Origin: Raja brachyura | Lineage: Eukaryota | DNA length: 64,000 bases | Direction of reading: 5' to 3' | Assembly: GCA_963514005.1 (NCBI GenBank) | Contig: OY740811.1 | Coordinates: forward strand, 27,094,001 to 27,158,000 | In this document: positions 51,990 to 64,000 of the stretch, one piece after another | Numbering within the stretch: position 1 is the first letter of the stretch | How the letters are laid out: every line of letters begins with the position of its first letter | Notes under the pieces: generated by a model | The model's database searches: none | What the model saw: only the letters and a program-made list of their open reading frames with translations | What the model was told of the DNA's origin: nothing | Translations under genes and position numbers: made by a program

Positions 51990-52400
51990 ATTTGCCAGAA
52001 TGCGTCACCACTGAGTCTTTCAAACAAGTACCAAGATCTTGCTCTCTCTCTCAGATCCTTTACGTGCAGCTGGAGTCTCGCGTGCTGCCCGCAAGGTGGC
52101 TATGTTGGGGACGAGTCAGTTATCCATCTCCTTTGCTAACAACAGTTTTGGCATGGTTCATCTGAACAGTAGACTTGTATTCCTGGTATCACCCTGAGAC
52201 AAATACCAACTGCATCCAGAAGATTATCAACGTGGTCGAGGATGCCCTCTGTCTGTCCAAAATGTAATGGTCTTTCAATGCAAGGGCTATCCATGAATAC
52301 ATGTTGCTAACTTGCACGCTCCAAGATCCATGGCAACGTGCCAAAGGATGCACTGATACTTGATGCAACTGCTGCAGAGACCCCACAATGAAAGACCACA
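51990..52400 (+). mobile_element. Tx1/L1-clade LINE ORF2 C-terminal (zinc-finger region) remnant
   Basis: Disrupted peptides QNAS....SNKYQDLA, GDESVIHLL, HPETNTNC..KIIN.V.DAL resemble Tx1-type C-termini (recalled). Confidence 0.55.
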
Positions 52401-53869
52401 GTTTAAGGTTCTGCCATTGTTGCAACTCAGAGGCTGGAACTCATGAAAATAAAACCCTCAGTCTGTTTTCTATATTTGTGTACTTAATGCAAATCTTGTA
52501 AGAGAATGACGTAATAGTCATTGTACCAAGGTTAATGACATATGAATGCAATATAGAATATACTAGTATGTTCAATGAATAACGTATATTTTGGAGGAAA
52601 GAATCTATAAGATTATTCACAGCACTGTAATATTTTCTGCCTCACATACACATACAATTTTTGTCATGTGTTAATGAGGGAAGAATAAACTCAATTGTCG
52701 TAGAGCAGTGGAGCATTTGGTTTGTGTATTTTAAATTAACACAAATCCAAGCAGAAGCAAAACAAATAAAAAAGCTTAAGACTCTCTAGATCAGGAAGAT
52801 TCCCAAGGAGCGCTGCTTTTACTCATCTTAAAAGACATGGGATTATCAAAGCTAGAATTGTCTTAGATTCCCTTCGATGGGGCGAGAAGGGAATGGTGAA
52901 AACCAAACTAGCAATAATAGAAAAATCAGCCAGGGCTCTTGCTATAGATTTTGTTTAGCAATTCCTGATATAAAAGTGTTAATTATTAGCCATTAAGGCA
53001 TATTTCATGAAAACAACATCATATCTTCAGTGCATTAACGTTCATAGGTTGGCTGATTACATTATTGGGTTTATAAAAGACAAAATCTCCCTCTACACTT
53101 CTTGCAAAAGCATTAAGTACTTGCTCTGGGTATCATGTCACAGGTGCAGATTACACCTGCATTGTCCAAGATGTCTAAATAAAGGATCGGGTTCAAATGT
53201 AACATACTCATCAACACTAAAGTCTAACATCTTGGATGAGACAAAGTAATGAGCATCCATGACACGATACGTCTAGCAAATGATAGGGGAAGGAGGAAAA
53301 TTGCCAAAAAGCTATAACATTATTGACAACCTTTAAAATATTCAGCTAATGTTTAAATATTAATGCAATACAGATAATGATGTTATCTCCAAGTTACAAT
53401 ATTCCTCAAAGATTATACTGATTACATCATCACTAAAATAAAGCATGATTAATGACATATTTCATGTATATTTCAAAACATGTATGTGAAATTCGAGCAT
53501 GAATATAGACTAAAAATATTACGTTATGCATACTCTAGATCAAAGTATTTCCCACATATAAATATATACAAGCTGTGATCATTACATGCACAGTATAAAT
53601 TCCAAAATGCATCAGGTAATGGCTACAAAAAGGACTGACGGCAAATAATAGAGTAAAATAAGCAACTACGGACCAAAAATTATTTTGTGTAATTAGCAGT
53701 TACTACAAGTTTTTTTTTCATTGCTTGATTCAATAGTAATTCATTTAGACCCAAAGGTTGAATGTTGCAGCTTATACTGCGAGCAAACAATAATTAATAT
53801 ACACCTGCATCCGAGGCAGGTGAACATGGGTTCAAACCCTAATCCTGATGTTTCTGCATATAATCCAAG

Positions 53870-54965
53870 ATGACAGAGTCAAAGATTCATACAGCACAGA
53901 AACAGGCCTTTTGGCCCAACCTGTCCATGACAACCAATGTGCTTACCCAAACTAGACCCATTTGCCTGCATTTAATTTGTATCCTTCTGAGCGTTTCCCA
54001 TCCACATACTCATCCAATTTCTTTTAAACATTGTAATTGTACCCACCTCTTCAGCTTCCCAGGCAGTTTGTTCTATATGCATACCCGTGTGAAAACCTTA
54101 AGTCCGAGGTCCATTTTAAAGCTTTCTCTCTCACTTTAAACATATGTCCTCTAGTTTTGGACTTCCTACCTTGTGAAAAAGACTATGACTATCTACGTTA
54201 TCTATGTCCCTGATCATTTTATGTATCTCTATAAGATCACCCTACAGTCTCTGTCACTCCAAGGAGAATGATGCCCGTCTAGTCTTTCCCTGTAACTCAA
54301 GCCTTCCAGTTCCAGCAAGATCTTCGCAAATATTTTCTTCACCCTCTGCAGCTAAATCACATCCTTCCTCTCATACGGTGACCTGAACTGCACACACTAA
54401 CCCCAGTGCAGTCTCACTAATATCGTTCACAGCTGTAACATAATTCCCAACTCTTGTAACCAATGCTAAGTCTGATGAATGACCTTCATCACCCAGTCCA
54501 ACTGTGTTATTACTTTCAGGTAAATATGTAATTGTACCCCTTGTGTAGGAAGAAACTGCAGATGCTAGTTTGTACCGAAGATAGACACAGTTTGCTGGAA
54601 TAACTCAGCTGGTCTGGCAGCATCTCTGGAGAAAAAGGATGGGTGACGTTTCAGGTCGGAATCTTTCTTCATATGAAAAAGAGTTTTCAGTCCACTTTAT
54701 CTCTCTGTTCTACAACACTCATAAGTTACTGCATTCCCTGTACATATCATGCCTTGGCCTAACATCAAAATGCATCACTTCATATGTATCCCATTTAAAT
54801 TCCATCAATCATTGCCCACTTTCCCAGATTCTGTTATAACCTGGGAAAACCTTCCCCGCGGTCCACTGTACCACCAATTTTACATCCACAAACTTACTAA
54901 TTGAGCCTCCGACATTCTCATCCAAATCATTAATATAAAGGGTACCCAGCACTTGTTTCTGTGGC
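53870..54965 (-). mobile_element. CR1 LINE fragment with a nested Penelope pLTR fragment (about 54543-54672)
   Basis: YINDLDENVGG.ISKF.D (RT catalytic region) at 54809-55009(-); CR1 3'UTR at the left end. Confidence 0.85.
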
Positions 54966-55059
54966 ACGCACACCACACTGTCCAATCGCACCCTATGACA
55001 TGTAGACAAGGGGGTTGGTATGTGGAAATGGGCAGATGGAACCAGGTGGGGGAAAGTAA

Positions 55060-55254
55060 TGGGTCTGTCCCACAGGCGATTTTTTGGGCGACTGCTGCAA
55101 AATTTTCAACATGTTGACAAATATTCGGCGACAGTGGCGACCATTTTTGCTGTCGTAGGTGTTGTGATAGGTTGTCGCCAGGTGTCGCAGATGAAATCCA
55201 TTAAAACTAGTCCCTGGCAGTTGCCTAAAGAGTCGCCTAAGTGGGACAGGCCTA
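55060..55254. mobile_element. PIF/Harbinger-like MITE
   Basis: TIRs gggtctgtcccac / gtgggacaggcc, TAA/TTA(A) flanks, internal ggcgac/gtcgcc subterminal repeats. Confidence 0.7.
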
Positions 55255-56829
55255 TTAAGAGTCTAGGGACTGCGGGGGATGGTAAAAGTGAACAAAGGGA
55301 GAGAACCCATGTGGACTATTGGGAGTGGAAAAGCAACATAGGATGTTAGTCACCTGAAATTGGAGAATTCTAAGTTCATACCATTGGGATTATAGGTGAC
55401 ATAAGTGGAATATAAGGTGTTAATCCTTTCTTTTAACCTCTTATTTTCCAGTTAATATACAATCTCTCCTCAAAATAATTATTTGGATCCCTAGGATTCT
55501 CCTTCCATGTTTAATACATCCAGACCAATGTCCGCTGCCTAGAACTGTATTGTATGTTTCCGAGGTGAATTAAGCATTGTTTCATAAAGTTAAATAGGTA
55601 AGAATGCTGAGCAGGTAGAGAAGCCAATTCAAAGAATGCCAGTTACAAAATAATCTAACAAAGATTGTTTCATACGCTATACAACAAAGAAGAGCTGTTC
55701 CAAAACTGTAGGGTGACATAACTTGCCATAATGGCAGCAGAATCATTCAGAAGTAGGGATAATATCCATTTAGGATATTAATTGTGTCTTTTGTTTGAAC
55801 TGCTTTGCATGCAATGTACTATCATAAGAAATATCTGCATTAAGCCTCTGCACTAGAGGATGCATTGAAATAAATGTAGAATAACAAAATCAAAATTAGT
55901 TCAGCTGACGTGTTTCAGTATCTGATGCCCTCTACTGGAATAGGAATAGGCAACAATATCAGTCTGCCGAGTATATTTAATGAACATTTCAAGAAAAGTA
56001 AAATTTATCTTAAACAAATGAAAAAATTACAGATAAGAACATTTTCCAATTCTACATTATATTGTCCCCTTCCAAGCATACAAGCAATAAATTGAAAAGT
56101 TCAAATATTTTTAATATATCATGTGGAATCATAACATTCTACCATGTTAATACTTATTTGAGACCTCATCCCACGTGAACACAGGAGGAACATAGAATAC
56201 AATTTGATCTTTTTCTTTATCTACAATAGTTACACAATATAGTACAAGTGTACGAATCATTGCAACTGAAAAATATTCTATTTTCGCAATAAAATAATCA
56301 ATATTGAATAAATCTTGATCTTTATTGATAGCAGCCAAAATGATTGACATTTATATCTCCTCAAATAAAAGGGGGGAAAACCAGTGTTGCTGTCTTTCTC
56401 CAGAAAATACTGTTTAAAATATATATAAAAGACCTGTTGGATAAGATCCAAGCTTGTTTATTATTTATTCTATTGCTAATCTCATTGCTAAATGTAGGAC
56501 TGCATACCAAGCACTGACTATCTCAGAAGAGAAATAAGCCAAAAGGTAGTGAAAAACTAAGAAAAGTAAAGATTCTCTAACGTAAATACATCCCCAAATT
56601 GGAGCAAACTCCAGATGCTAGAAATTCAGAGCAAAAAACGGAATGCAGTTTCAACCAAATTATAAAGACTAATTTAAGAATAAATTGAATCAAAAGATGC
56701 AATTGCAACTTTGAAAAAAAAGTTAACATAAAATTCTTATATTTGGTAATAAATTGTTTAGATAGTATCGTACTAATGAGAAGGTAATATTGAGCATCAA
56801 AGGTACAGATCAAACGCAGAGATCAGAAT

Positions 56830-57110
56830 GGGAATGGAACAATCTAATAATGACAGTGATTAGAAACTCAGAGTCACCTTTTTGATTGAATCGAGGTTTT
56901 GTACAAAGTGAGCACCCAATCTGCTTTAGGGTATTATGATGTAGAGAAGCACATCAGGAGCACAGAATACAATTCACATTATTGGAAGAAGTGCAGTGAT
57001 TCACGGGAACAATTGTAAGGATCCTTAGAAGGTGGGAAGGGAGGAGGTAAAAGGACAAGTGTTGCATCTGCAGAAGTTGCAAGGGGAAGTGCTGTTACAT
57101 GAAAATTCCT
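56830..57110 (-). mobile_element. Penelope-like element GIY-YIG region remnant
   Basis: PCNFCRCNTCPFTSSL...CTSSN.V.CI.C Cys-rich motif typical of the segment preceding the PLE GIY-YIG endonuclease. Confidence 0.7.
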
Positions 57111-57436
57111 CTGAGTGTAGCGCAGTGACAAAGGAATCAAAGAACAGTCGTTGGGTATATGAGGGAGAATAAGTTGCAGATGTGCAAGGAAATAAGAGAG
57201 GGTGTTGGAATGGTGGGACTCTGTTTAGAACGGCCATGGTCCTACTTAGCCACATGGCTTTCTTCTGTTACATAGTGACCAAAGAAGTGAGAAAAGGAGT
57301 GGTTGTACAGAAACTAGTATTGCAGCTCCACTGGAACAGCTTGGCTTGCAATACAGGATGTTCTGAAGTGCAGCTGGATGTTGTACTGTATAGTCGCATA
57401 GCCTTTCTATATACCCAGTGCTCTCAGTCTCTCAAT

Positions 57437-57584
57437 CTTCTTCTTCTTCTTCTTCTTCTTGCATATAGGGGGGGGGGAACGCCCTAAAGTTGTAGGACAA
57501 CTTGTTCTATTTGATCTTATTTGAATGTGCACATCAGGTTGATTGCATTCGTCGAAACAGGTGATGGTTGCAATCTTCCACCCC
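57437..57584 (-). mobile_element. Short (GAA)n-tailed retroposon, copy 3
   Basis: TSD cagtctctcaat (57425-57436 / 57585-57596); (CTT)8 tail. Confidence 0.85.
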
Positions 57585-59655
57585 CAGTCTCTCAATAATT
57601 TCTTGGTATTACAGGTGTTAAATTAGGTGAAAAAAAACTAAACCTCTAGAGGAATTCCATGGATCACACAGCACCGGGTGCACGATAAAGTGATATGCCA
57701 ACAAATATCATGCTACCCAATCTGCGAGTTACTCTAGCAGTTTATTTCTTATTCAAGACACTAGCATCTGCAGTGCTCTTTGTCGCTCTTAAATTAGATG
57801 AAAACTGTTTTCTGTGATGTTGGAATCTCTGGAGGAAGCAGGAATAGATCACTCACTCAGTGTTTCTGGCTAAATTTGATTTAGCTCTGTCTTTAGCATC
57901 ACTGTGATGATGTCCATCACCATTTCTCTAGATAGTGATGTTCTTTGGATCCTCCATAATTTACGACTAGATATGGTATATCTGCAGAGTCCTGATCTGA
58001 TCTTTTGGGTGTGGAATTGCTTAGCTCTGTTTTTGCTGTTTAGTGTGCACTTGGTCCTATGCTGCAGGTTCACCAAGTTAGCACATCATGTTTTAGTACA
58101 TCAGGTGCTGCTCCTAAATGTCCTTTTGAACTCCTCATTGAACCAGAGTGGATCCATTAGCTTTAACTGTCAGTGTAGAATGAGGCCACATAAGTCATTT
58201 TTTGCAGTTGCTGATACCCCACGGTGCCCTGTGGAAGTCCATCTGAGGGTTGCCAGATCATTGTTGAATACATGCCATTCGGCGCAATTGTAGTGCAGTG
58301 GAGAGCGGCCTCAGTGATGGAAGACAGGACTTTGTCTCCACATGAACTGTGTGGTCATTTCTACTCCTGTTTCATGGATGTGAATTTGACACAGATTGAT
58401 TGGTGAGGGCAAAGTCAAGTAGGTTGATCAATTGCATTGGTTTGCCTTCCACCAGCTGTAGACCTAATTCAACATCTATGTCCTACCAGGCTTGGCCAAT
58501 TCAGCACCGAAGCAGTGCTACCAGGAAACATTTGGTGTTGTCTACTTAAACTCACCACCCAGAGTACATTCTGTGCCCTTGCATTTTCTTCGCTACTTCC
58601 AGGTTCACTGTTTCTGGACTTATGTAGAAGCACTGACATATCAGTCAAGGGAAGTTGGTGGTTAGAAATCAGAATTCCTTGCCCATGTTTGACCTGATGT
58701 TGGGTTGATTTGCATCATTCACGGTTATTGCTTTTAAATGGTATAACTTCTGTATATAGGTTAGACCTAAACAGAAGGTGAAGTACAAACTGTAGCCCTT
58801 CAATAATCCCGGCTCAACTGAATCATATTTCTGCTTATTTCTTATCATGTTTAGTAGGCCCAGGTTTGGAAAGCCTATTTTAAGTACCATCTTCACATTG
58901 TTAGATAAATATATCATAATATCAGGATAGGTTAATTTAACCAATTTTAAATTATTGCAAATGAATTGCAATGCTCAAGAAAACTTATTTGAATTCTATC
59001 ATGGTGGTTCAAAACATACCGCTTAAATACAAATCTTGATTAGTCCTATAAAAGATCATTTTGGTTCCAGATCCAGCCTAAACAGTAATCCCAACTCTAT
59101 ATAATATTTGGATTATAAATGATGGAAATATATTTTTGTTGAGATATGTATCAGAGAACCAGAATCAATACTTTTGATTTTGAAATACTTTTATTTCAGA
59201 TTTCTAACAAAGGGTCACTAACCTGAAAATCAGACTTATTTTTATTTTGTACTGCTTTTTGTCTAATTGCAACCAATTCAATTTTGCATGCACCATTTGC
59301 CAAACTTACTAAAGGAGATTTTTTTCCAGAGTTATAGTGTTCATTACGACATCCATCAGCACCGCAAAATAGCTATTAAATTGTTTAATTGAATTTCTCA
59401 TCCAACATCTTAAAAGCTGTGGGAATAGGTCATCTCATAAGAAATTTATGAAAGTGCAATTTCTGAGAGGAACAGTTGTTATGCTTAGTTATGCAGAAAC
59501 AAGTTTAGAGGAAGTACAAAAGCTTTAAAAGTTGCTGGCACTGCTTCAACCAGAGCATGTGAGCCAATTCTGAGCATTATGGAGATGTTGCAGGAGAGAC
59601 TTGCGAGAAAAGTGTTAAAAATAAAGATTTGCAGAATATACTCAGATTATTATTT

Positions 59656-59820
59656 NNNNNNNNNNNNNNNNNNNNNNNNNNNNNNNNNNNNNNNNNNNNN
59701 NNNNNNNNNNNNNNNNNNNNNNNNNNNNNNNNNNNNNNNNNNNNNNNNNNNNNNNNNNNNNNNNNNNNNNNNNNNNNNNNNNNNNNNNNNNNNNNNNNNN
59801 NNNNNNNNNNNNNNNNNNNN
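59656..59820. other. Assembly gap (165 N)
   Basis: Run of N. Confidence 1.
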
Positions 59821-60039
59821 TCATTTATAATATTGTTTTACAGAGACTATGTTTACATATTTTGTTGTGCTGCTGCAAGTAAGAGTTTCATTGATCTGTC
59901 TGGGACATATGACAAAACAACATGCTTGAATTAATCATTAAAGGTGGTGGACGGTATGTGAAAAACTGAGCGTTTTGTGAATTGTTGGAACTACATGCCA
60001 GCAGGAATAGGTTTGTTTAAATGAAATGTACAGATGAAG

Positions 60040-60585
60040 TGGAGCTGGACCTCCCGGTGGCTCAGCACTTCAACTCCCCCTCCCACTGCGTATCCGACCT
60101 CTCGGTCCTGGGCCTCCTCCACGGCCAGAGTGATCAACACCGCAAGTTGGAAGAACAGCACCTCATATTCCGCTTGGGGAGTCTGCATCCTCTGGGCTTA
60201 AACATTGAATTTTCTCAATTCTGTTAACCCAGACTGCCTCCCCCCCACCTCTCCCTCAGCCCTCTGGCCCTGACATTCCTTCTCCATCTCCCCCCCCCCC
60301 CCCCCCCCCCAGTCGCACTAGCTTCTCATTTTCACACCACAAACAGCTTACAATGGCCTGCTTCCTTTATCACCAATACTTTTTTGCATATCTTTCACTC
60401 ATTGTTCCTTATCTCTCCACATCACTGTTTATATCTCTCGTTTCCCTGATCCCTGACCAGTCTGAAGAAGGGTCTCGACCCGAAACGTCGCCTATCTCCT
60501 TCGCTCCTTAGATGCTGCTGCACCCACTGAGTTTCTCCAGCTTTTTGTGTAACCCTCGATTCTCCAGCATCTGCAGTTCCTTCTT
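60040..60585 (+). mobile_element. Penelope-like element: GIY-YIG C-terminus plus pLTR
   Basis: LPVAQHFNSPSH..SDLSVLGLLH.QS...RKLEEQHLIFRLGSL.P.GLNIEF* followed by a pyrimidine-rich UTR and hammerhead motif. Confidence 0.88.
60458..60493 (+). ncRNA. Minimal hammerhead ribozyme-like motif of a Penelope pLTR
   Basis: CTGAAGA-a-GGGT-ctcg-ACCC-GAAAC-GTC: core boxes, 4-bp stem II, minimal stem III; stem I is weak. Confidence 0.55.
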
Positions 60586-61894
60586 TAACAAGTGGAGCTG
60601 GAGTTAAGCAGAGCAAAGGGAAACAACAACTATTTTTAGAGTCTATTTTTTTTTAATGATTGCACCAAACATGTTAGAAATGCATTCACCTATATTTGCC
60701 TTATTTTCCTGTGTTAACAATGATTACCTGATATCAAGCTTTCTAAAAGCAGAGCATTAGATTCATTTTTGTCCAGGCAGCTGAAATAAATCATACACTT
60801 AACATAGTGAACTTTGGAATATGATGCAGCCTTAGTTAACAGTGGGAGTGCGGCTTTCAGAAAGTCATGAGGTTTGCTCAGAATTCAACGCACGTGGCTG
60901 ATTGCTAAGTTCTACACTTAGTGAGTTTTTTTCCCCCAATTGTATTGTCCGTCATTCAGATTGATTACGTTTAATTGACATCTATTTGAATAATCATTTG
61001 AATAATATAGGACAATGCACAACAGAACACACATCAGGAGGAGCTAAAATGTAACTTCCAGCAGGTTTTTCAATTCCTCATCTTTAACATTCGATCCCAT
61101 TGGCATTAGCGGGCATGCAGAAAATAGGCTGTTGCGTTTTACGCAATGTTGCGGCCAGAATGATATATGGTGCCTCCCCTCCAACCCCACCCCCCCAAAA
61201 AAAAATGTACTGGTGGCAACCTCCCACCATGCATAAAAAAAGTGTAAAAATAGTGATCAAAAGAGGAGAATTGCATTTATACAATATATGGATCACTCAT
61301 TGAACCCAATAATTATGCTCTGTAAAGGCCTCTCACAGTCCACTTTATCCAACCCTAGTCTAACCCCAATATGGTATCAAATAATATCATGGCATGATTA
61401 TTGAGTAATAATGCACATAATATCTTTGTTTCTACAATGTCCTTTGTTTCCCCATTATCTTTGTGCGCTGTGGAGAGTAATCCATGATTGAGACACGGGG
61501 ACAAGGATTATAGTGCAACAGATTCTATATTCCATTCAACATTTTAAAGAGGTAGCCTTGGTTGTATTGCATGTACAGGTCATGTGTCTACAAAAAGTTA
61601 AAGCAACTTTAATGCTAATCGCAGGATAGTTCTTGAACCAAACTAGCATCTGGCTTCCCTATTGAATTTTTGGCATTGGGAAGCTGAATAACTGCCAATG
61701 AATGCTGAATCTAAATGCAGTTTTGTTCTGTGAGATTAAATCTATGGGGAGATGATTTTAGATTAAGTGGCCCTGCCCTCTGAAGCACAGCCATAAAAAC
61801 CATTATAGAGCTGTGACTTTATTCCATCTGTCTGAGCTGGATCAGAACCTTGATCCTGAGGGGAAAAGGGGTAATGTGAAAAAGTCTAATAGCA

Positions 61895-62185
61895 TTGTGG
61901 CACTGCTAGTAGAGATGCTGCTTCTCAGCAGCAGAGACCTGGGTTGAATTCTGTCCTCCGCTGCTGTCTGTGTGGAGTTCGCACATTTTCCCTGTGGATG
62001 TGTGGATTTCCTCTGTTGCTCTAATTTAATGCCATTTCTCAAAGATCGACATATTGGTAAATTCATTGGCCAATGTAAATATAATTAATGGGATGTGAAG
62101 ATTGAAATGGGATTAATATAAGATTTGTGTAAATGGGTGGTTGATGGTCAGAGAGGACTCCGCTTTGTACTGTATCTGTCTATAA
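61895..62185 (+). mobile_element. V-SINE (tRNA-derived)
   Basis: A box tggcactgctagtag, B box ggttgaattc, V-domain gtctgtgtggagttcgcaca. Confidence 0.75.
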
Positions 62186-62909
62186 CATTGTAACGTACTC
62201 TCTAATGTGTTTAGCATGGTGATCTATTCTCAACACTAAATACAATGTCCTTTGTTTATTTATTAATGCGCTAAGTATCATGTAACTGAATATTATTAAT
62301 TTATCCAGTTGAGCATTAGATCCAAATTAAATAGCAACGTCATTATTTGAGTGAATAAACTTTAAACGTGACAATTATGATGTGGTAATTTTGATTTCCA
62401 GTAATCCAATTCAATCTTTTTTCAGACTCAATTAACATGTGTTAAACATGATTGTGGAACATATTTATCTGGCAAGTAGCTGAGGTATACAGGCAGGGAA
62501 CTACGAGATTCAATCCCGACACATGTGGCTGTCAATTTAAGATATTAAACTCAATTGTGAAGTCTCTATAATCAAATAATATATTAGTACACCCCGTGAA
62601 AACTCTCATGAACAACCTCCATTTAGTCAAGCAAATGAGAGAAACCAAACTCAGGATCCCAGTAACCACACGAAAGGAACGGAGGAAAATATCAGTAGAA
62701 AGAGAATATGTGAAAACTTATTTAGTTTATACATTAGTGGATTAGTTCAACATGCTGTCCTCAGGACAATACATTCAAACCCACAGTTTGAAGTGGATTC
62801 CTACAGTGGGCTCGGTAGGGCCTCTGGTTGAGAGATATCTAAAGGTGGAATAGTTGTGATTAATCAACTATGAAACTGATCTAAAATTTACAGGAGATGT
62901 TGTTGCATG

Positions 62910-63210
62910 TGGCACAGTGGCACAGCTGATAGAGCCGCTTGCTGCCTCACAGTGCCAGAAACGGGCTTGATACTGACCTGGGGTGTTGTCCATGTGTATG
63001 TGCTTCCTACGACCACTGGCTGCTCCGGTATCCCACATCTCAAAGATGTGCGGGTTTGAAGGTTAATTGGCCTCCACATAAAAAAGGCTCCTGATGTGCA
63101 AGAAGTGGTTGAGAAAGTGGGATAACACAGAACTAATGTGAACGGATGATCAAAGGTCGGCGTGGACTAGGTGGGTCGAAGGGCCTGTTTCAAGCTGCAT
63201 CTCTAAACTT
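62910..63210 (+). mobile_element. V-SINE (tRNA-derived)
   Basis: ggcacagtggcacagctgatagagccgct...gggtcgaagggcctgtttc..gctgcatctctaaa. Confidence 0.75.
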
Positions 63211-63253
63211 TTAACTAAATTACGCATAATAACGTGAAGTGATATGATGTAAC

Positions 63254-63690
63254 AGGCAGCACAGTGGCGCAGTGGTAGAGTTGGTGTCTTACACCACCAG
63301 TGACTAGGGTTCGATCCTGATTACATGTCTGAACGGAGTTTGTACTCCCCGTGACCGCGTGGGTTTTCCCCGGGTGCTCCAGTTTCAATAGACAATAGGT
63401 GCAGGAGTAGGCCATTCGGCCCTTCGAGCCAGCACCACCATTCAATGTGATCATGGCTGATCATCCCCAATAAGTACCCCGTTCCTGACTTCTCCCCATA
63501 TCTCCTGACTCTGCTATTTTTAAGAGCCCTATTTCCTCCCACGCACCAAAGAAGTATAGGTTTGTAGGTTAATTGGCTTCGGTAAAAATTGTAAATCGTC
63601 CCTAGAGTGTAGGATAGTACTAGTGTGAGGTAATCGCTGGTCGGCGTGGATTCAGTGGACCGTTACGGCGCCGTAACTTAACTAAAAAAA
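63254..63690 (+). mobile_element. V-SINE interrupted by an antisense CR1 3' fragment (63387-63531)
   Basis: A box tggcgcagtgg, B box ggttcgatcc; inserted aatagacaataggtgcaggag...agagcccta closely matches 1257-1400. Confidence 0.85.
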
Positions 63691-64000
63691 AATTTTGAGA
63701 TACTACAATTAATAATCTGGTGTAACATGTCCCAGTATTAAATTACATTTAATTAGGTTTCAAGCAATTATATTACAAATTAAAATCAGGATAACCATTA
63801 AATAGAATGAAAATATGAAAGTAAATTTGCAAAGGAAATAGAATTAGATATTAAGCTTCTGCACATAAATAGAAAGGAAGAAATTAGATCAAATTCATGA
63901 GATGCCAAATAATAATGGGGAATAAGGAAATTACAAAAATATTAAACAAATATTTTATCAGTCTTTATGTAAATAATGTTCCCCAAATAATTCAGATAAT

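Noticed and set aside
57520-57562. gtcgaaac in the (GAA)n retroposon as a hammerhead core
   Set aside because: No CTGANGA box on the same strand.
59579-59934. ORFs spanning the N run
   Set aside because: Artefacts of the assembly gap.

Overview
AT-rich vertebrate genomic DNA. The repeat content (CR1 LINEs with (CTATTGT)n tails, V-SINEs, Penelope elements) suggests a cartilaginous fish, probably a skate or ray; this is inference. The only protein-coding gene I can support is KCNAB2 (Kv-beta2, aldo-keto reductase fold) on the minus strand. Twelve coding exons between 43123 and 1 join in frame through GT-AG introns, and the gene continues past the left edge. The first coding exon encodes a Kv-beta1.1/Kv-beta3-type 'MQVS..C7' N-terminus on a Kv-beta2 core. 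A 45-nt cassette exon (GDPFSSSKSRTFIIE) has an adjacent intronic hairpin, and there is a possible second very short first exon (MCCRFWDHRRTF). The introns and upstream region hold CR1/L2, Tx1 and Penelope fragments (with hammerhead-like motifs), V-SINEs, a ~140-bp (GAA)n-tailed short retroposon (3 copies with TSDs), a TAG...CTA TIR transposon with 7-bp TSDs (2 copies), a Helitron-like nested insertion, a 171-bp fold-back inverted duplication and several pre-miRNA-sized hairpins. There is one assembly gap (59656-59820). Most ORFs in the supplied track are spurious or TE-derived. I found no evidence of CRISPR or any prokaryotic system. Family assignments come from recalled sequences, not database searches.
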